Made by a program: the position numbers and the translations under genes
Shown here: positions 59,575 through 64,000 of the stretch, in pieces
How the letters are laid out: every line of letters begins with the position of its first letter
How positions within the stretch are numbered: the stretch's first letter is position 1
Assembly (NCBI GenBank): GCA_963514005.1
Contig: OY740800.1
Span: 30,442,001-30,506,000 of the forward strand
Direction: 5' to 3'
Origin: Raja brachyura
Taxonomy: Eukaryota
DNA: 64,000 bases
Notes under the pieces: model-generated
What the model was told of the DNA's origin: nothing
Seen by the model: the letters and a program-made list of their open reading frames with translations, nothing else
The model's database searches: none

Positions 59575-59806
59575 TCTAATACAGTGGCAGCCCTGCCCTG
59601 GGGCAGTGGCAGACTCGCACCACCTTGTAATGGACATCTGTAATACAGTGACAGGTCCATATCACCCTGTAATAAACATCTGTAATACAGACAGACGCAT
59701 ATCACATGATATACGCCTGTAATAGCGACAGGTCCCTACTACATAGTAATGTATATTTGGAATAGTGACATACCACCCTGTAATATACACCTGTAATGGT
59801 GACAGG
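59575..59806. repeat. Degenerate minisatellite (about 40-bp unit)
   Basis: Recurring ctgtaatacag(tg)acag...accctgtaata.aca, about 5 copies. Confidence 0.65.
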
Positions 59807-61029
59807 CTCGTACCATCCTTCCCACCCTGCGCTGATCTTGCTCATGGGTATTGGCTTTTCTACCCCCAGGATGCGGGGGGATTCCAGAATGTTTTCAAGG
59901 TGGGCACAGCAGCCCTTCTTGGCTTCATCCATATGTGGGAGGGCGTGACTGCAGAGAAGTTGGACATGCCACCAGGTTCCTTCACATGAACAAATGTCTG
60001 GACTTTATTGCAGCATATCCACAGCAGTGTAGCCAAGTGTAATATAATGCCAGACCTCTGTCCCGGACCTGTACCTCGTGTTCTAGATTGACAGGACTGT
60101 GGCCATAGAGCTGTACCTCCTAGAGCTGGATCAATTGTAATCATGTATTGTCTTTCTGCTCACTGGTGAGCAGGCAACAAAAGCTTTGCACCTTGGTACA
60201 TGTGACACTGAACTGAACTATAAAAGAGTTACAGACCAGTTCCATCCCTAGTATGCTTATATAACAGACTCACAGAACACTGTCGTAAAATTGTACCCCA
60301 TGCAATAACGTAACATTAGTGGTGCGAAGTCTATACCTTGTGTAATCAGGGGCCTCCCAGTGGTGTAGCCATGTGTAATGGCAGACATGTGCCCTCAATA
60401 CAGCACCTTCCCGTGACATCTGCTGGCTGATGCCTCCCAATATAAAACTGAACAATATTTGTACCCGCTATCTTCTATCCATTAATGAATCCCAAATCAG
60501 TGACAGTATTTCATCTCAATATTGCACTATGGTATTGTTTAATCATTTCAGGTGAGGCCTTTTGAAAGATCAAATACACTGCACCAACTGGCCTTCCCCT
60601 TATCTATTGAGCCAATTACAACATCATAAACCTATGACAATTTGTCCATCAAGACAGCTAAATCGTATATATATATCCATGCCGTCTGCCCATTCCTATC
60701 ATTCTTTTCCATTGCCCTGTTACTAATAATCAATGTCAGGCTGCCTGGTCTGTGGTTCTCTGTGCCCCTTCTCACCCCCCTTTCTTAAATAGTAGGTCAC
60801 ATTTGCTACCCTCCGCTATTTGCCAAACATTCCACAATCTCTGGAATTCTGGAAGATGACCTCCAGAGTATCCACCATCTCCATGGCCACTTCCTCCAAA
60901 ACCTTCGCATACAGATCCTAGGTCTTTTACGCTTTTCAGTCCCACCAAATTCTCCAAGGTTAATTTAATTCAGCTCCTCATTCAATCTACTTTTTTTCAG
61001 ACACTTGGGACTTATTTATGAAAACTATA

Positions 61030-61146
61030 CCCCAGCGCTGTAGAGCGACAGACCCACTGCCCATTAGAAATAACTCCCCAGTACTGAACAGCGACAGACT
61101 CACGGATCATTAGCAGTGCTCCCCCAGTGTTTGACCGAGACAGAGC
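61030..61146. repeat. Short degenerate tandem repeat (about 45 bp x 2.5)
   Basis: ccccag...agcgacagac.cac...cattag repeated. Confidence 0.55.
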
Positions 61147-61212
61147 GTCTCTTCCTGGACTAAGATTACGCTAGATGCAATGGTGTATTTTACACCCCGA
61201 CCCACACTTCAC

Positions 61213-61359
61213 CTCAACCACGCTGTCCTTATCGAGCGGAATTTCCCCCTTCTTCTCCTTGAGGTCCTCGTTGACATAGTACAAGATGGTGCAAGCCTTC
61301 AGCACAAACCAGCGCTCATTCCAGTTCCGTCGAACTATTCCTTTTTTCCACATGTAGCC
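61213..61359 (-). CDS. DEF6/SWAP70-family coding exon (PH domain, first half); the gene continues beyond the window
   Basis: ctttctacag|GGC...GAG|gtgaag; [21 protein letters not shown]...[17 protein letters not shown], the SWAP70/DEF6 PH signature. Confidence 0.93.
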
Positions 61360-61852
61360 CTGTAGAAAGAAAGAGACAGAAATCAAGGTGACGTCCAGCA
61401 ATTGGGGTTGGGGGGGGAAGAGAGGTGGGAGAGCAAATTGTGGGTGAAGATTGAGGCACCTTCCTCCAATAGTGGTGTAGTACCCACCATTATTACAACC
61501 TGATGTGTAAGAAGTAATTCTTACGTATTACACACCAGGAAGCCATTCAGTCTTGAAACAGGGTAAATACAGCCAGCATAGAAACAGACAGGACCTGGTA
61601 CCCGATGACCATGTCAACCAAGACGTCTATTTGAGCTAGCCTCATTTGCCTGCGTTTGGCCCACATCCTTCTAAACCTTTCGATTCACACTGTCTCCCAG
61701 GGACGAAATCCCATCAGTCCTGTTCCTCCTCCTCATTTCTCTGCTTCCTTGCAAGTTATTTACTCTCACTGGCTCATCGATGATCCCCACGGCCTTTGAT
61801 TCTTTTCTTAATCGCCTACAAAAAGGTGCAATAAACCCACCCACACATCTTA

Positions 61853-62385
61853 GAGAAATCTGAGGAAGGACATTATTGCCATAGAGGGAGTGCAGCGAAG
61901 GTTCACCAGACTGATTCCTGGGATGTCAGGACTGTCTTATGAACAAAGACTGCATAGACTTGGTTTATACTCTCTAGAATTTAGGAGATTGAGAGGGGAT
62001 CTTATAGAAACTTACAAGATTCTTAAGGGTTTGGACAGGCTAGATGCAGGAAGATTGTTCCCGATGTTGGGGAGGTCCAGGACAAGGGGTCACAGCTTAA
62101 GGATAAGGGGGAAATCCTTTAGGACCGAGATGAGAAGGAATTTTTTCACACAGAGAGTGGTGGGTCTCTGGAACACTCTGCCACAGAGGGTAGTTGAGGC
62201 CAGTTCATTGGCTATATTTAAGACGGAGTTAGATGTGGTCCTTGTGGCTAAGGGGATCAGAGGGTATGGAGAGAAGGCAGGTATGGGATACCGAGTTGGA
62301 TGATCAGCCATGATCATATTGAATGGCGGTGCAGGCTCGAAGGGCCGAATGGCCTACTCCTGCACCTAATTTCTATGTTTCTATG
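61853..62385 (+). mobile_element. CR1 3' fragment, same young subfamily as the DIRS target
   Basis: QRRFTRLIPGMSGLSYEQRL.RLGLYSLEFRRLRGDL... plus 3' UTR and TTCTATGT tail. Confidence 0.92.
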
Positions 62386-64000
62386 TGGGAGGAAACCAAA
62401 TCACCCAAATAGTCAGAGGGAGAACGTGCAAGCTCCACAGAGGCAGAACCCAAAGTCAGAACTGAACCCGGATTGCAACCATTTCTGCAGATCCCAACCC
62501 GCGGACACTGATCCCAGGGATTCTGACACAATTCCCACACAACAGGGAAGATGCGGTAGTTATGGAAAGAGTGCGGAAGCGATTCACCTGGAATGGAAGG
62601 GCCTAGTTACAAGGACAAATTGGATATGCTAAATTTAATCTCACTGGGAATTAGGAGACTGAGGGATGAATTTACAAAATAAGGTAGAGAGGATAAACAG
62701 TCTGAATCTTTCCCCCAGAGCAGGGAAGCCTAGAAGTAAAGAGCACAGGTTAGGGTAAGAAGTGAGAAATTTAAAAGAGATCTGAGGTGTAAATGTTTTA
62801 CACAAAGGATGATGGTATCTACAATGAGCTGCCAGAGAAGGTGAAGGAGACAGACACAACTACCTAATTTGAAAGGTATATTGACAGGTATTGAATAGAA
62901 AAGGCATAGAGGGATAAAGGTCCAATATAGGCAAATTAGATCAATGGTCAAAAGTGCTGTATGATTCTATGATTTACTGCACAATGCTTGCGATAGTGAA
63001 GAGGCAAAGTCCAATGTTGATGTGTAAACGCCATAAATCCCTTTACCTCTCAAGACCCTGGAGCAATAAGGGCTTTCTACTTGTCAGGATGGTTGGGAGA
63101 AATGGTAGGAAAGACCAGCTGAGAGGCCCTGTGACTTGAGCAAGTTGCTACAAGCTACAAGGTAATGCAAAGATGTCAGCTTTAGGAACCATCGAAGTTT
63201 GCCCTTTGACCCGGAACTGCTTCAATGTGGCTGAACAAGGCCAACATCCTTTCAGTTTTAGATGTCTTGCTTTCATAATTTTTCGTGAATCTCATTTGCA
63301 TTTTATTTTGCTTTCCAACCTCTCCCAACAACCAATGGCCTCATTTAAATCAATCTTTACAGCAGAAGTCAGTGGGCTCATCTGAAGTACCACCATCAGT
63401 CTATTTCTTCTTCCCACTCCATACCTAATCCTAACTCCTGCTGCTCTGGGTCTGAAAACAGTAACAAATGCAGCTGCAGAAAGTACTCATCCCACATGGG
63501 TAATTTGTCAAATGCAAACCCAGACAAGTTACATAACGTGGCATGGTGTCACCATACGTCCATGCAAACCTTCCAAAGGAGTTTAATGGAGGTCCTGCCT
63601 GTATACACTCCCATCTTCCATGAGCCTCTACTTCTTTGTTGGTGCCACTTCTACCAGCTAGAAGGTCAAGGGCAGTAAAAGCATGGGAATACCAGCAAGC
63701 AACAAACCATCCTGACTTGGAAATATATTGCTATTCCTTCACTTTGTCTCTAGATCTAAATATTGAAACTCCCTCCCTAACTGCATTGTGAGTGTAGCAA
63801 CCTCAAGGATTGTTCGAGAAGCAGCTCGCTACCACCTTCAAGGGTAATTAGTGATGTGCAAGTCCATGCTGGTTCAGCCTTCGAAGCCCACGCCACTTGA
63901 ATGAATAAAAAATCTTACCACTGCACTCTCAGTCGATGCAGGACCTTGATCGAAACATCGACCATCCCTTTACCTTCACAGATGTAACTTAACCCATTGA

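Overview
Repeat-rich vertebrate genomic DNA. The CR1, V-SINE/HE1-like and Penelope repeat set suggests a cartilaginous fish, probably a skate or ray (inference). Two intron-containing genes converge tail to tail. (1) The 3' part of NWD1 lies on the + strand: 13 phase-consistent exons, 1076-39612, ending in CSLL-stop. (2) The 3' part of a divergent DEF6/SWAP70-family PH/coiled-coil gene lies on the - strand: 8 exons, 61359 down to 46756. The most complete mobile element is a 5.3-kb DIRS tyrosine-recombinase retrotransposon (5360-10670) that splits a CR1 fragment inside an NWD1 intron. It has gag, a disrupted RT/RNaseH/methyltransferase-like pol, an intact recombinase, perfect inverted termini, and an internal complementary region that spells out the circle junction with an ATT crossover. 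Splice signals point to a dedicated spliced recombinase mRNA. The window also holds an open CR1 ORF2, many Penelope-derived repeats carrying minimal hammerhead-ribozyme cores, hAT and Harbinger MITEs, Rex-like LINE pieces and tRNA-derived SINEs. All calls are by eye; no database search was run.
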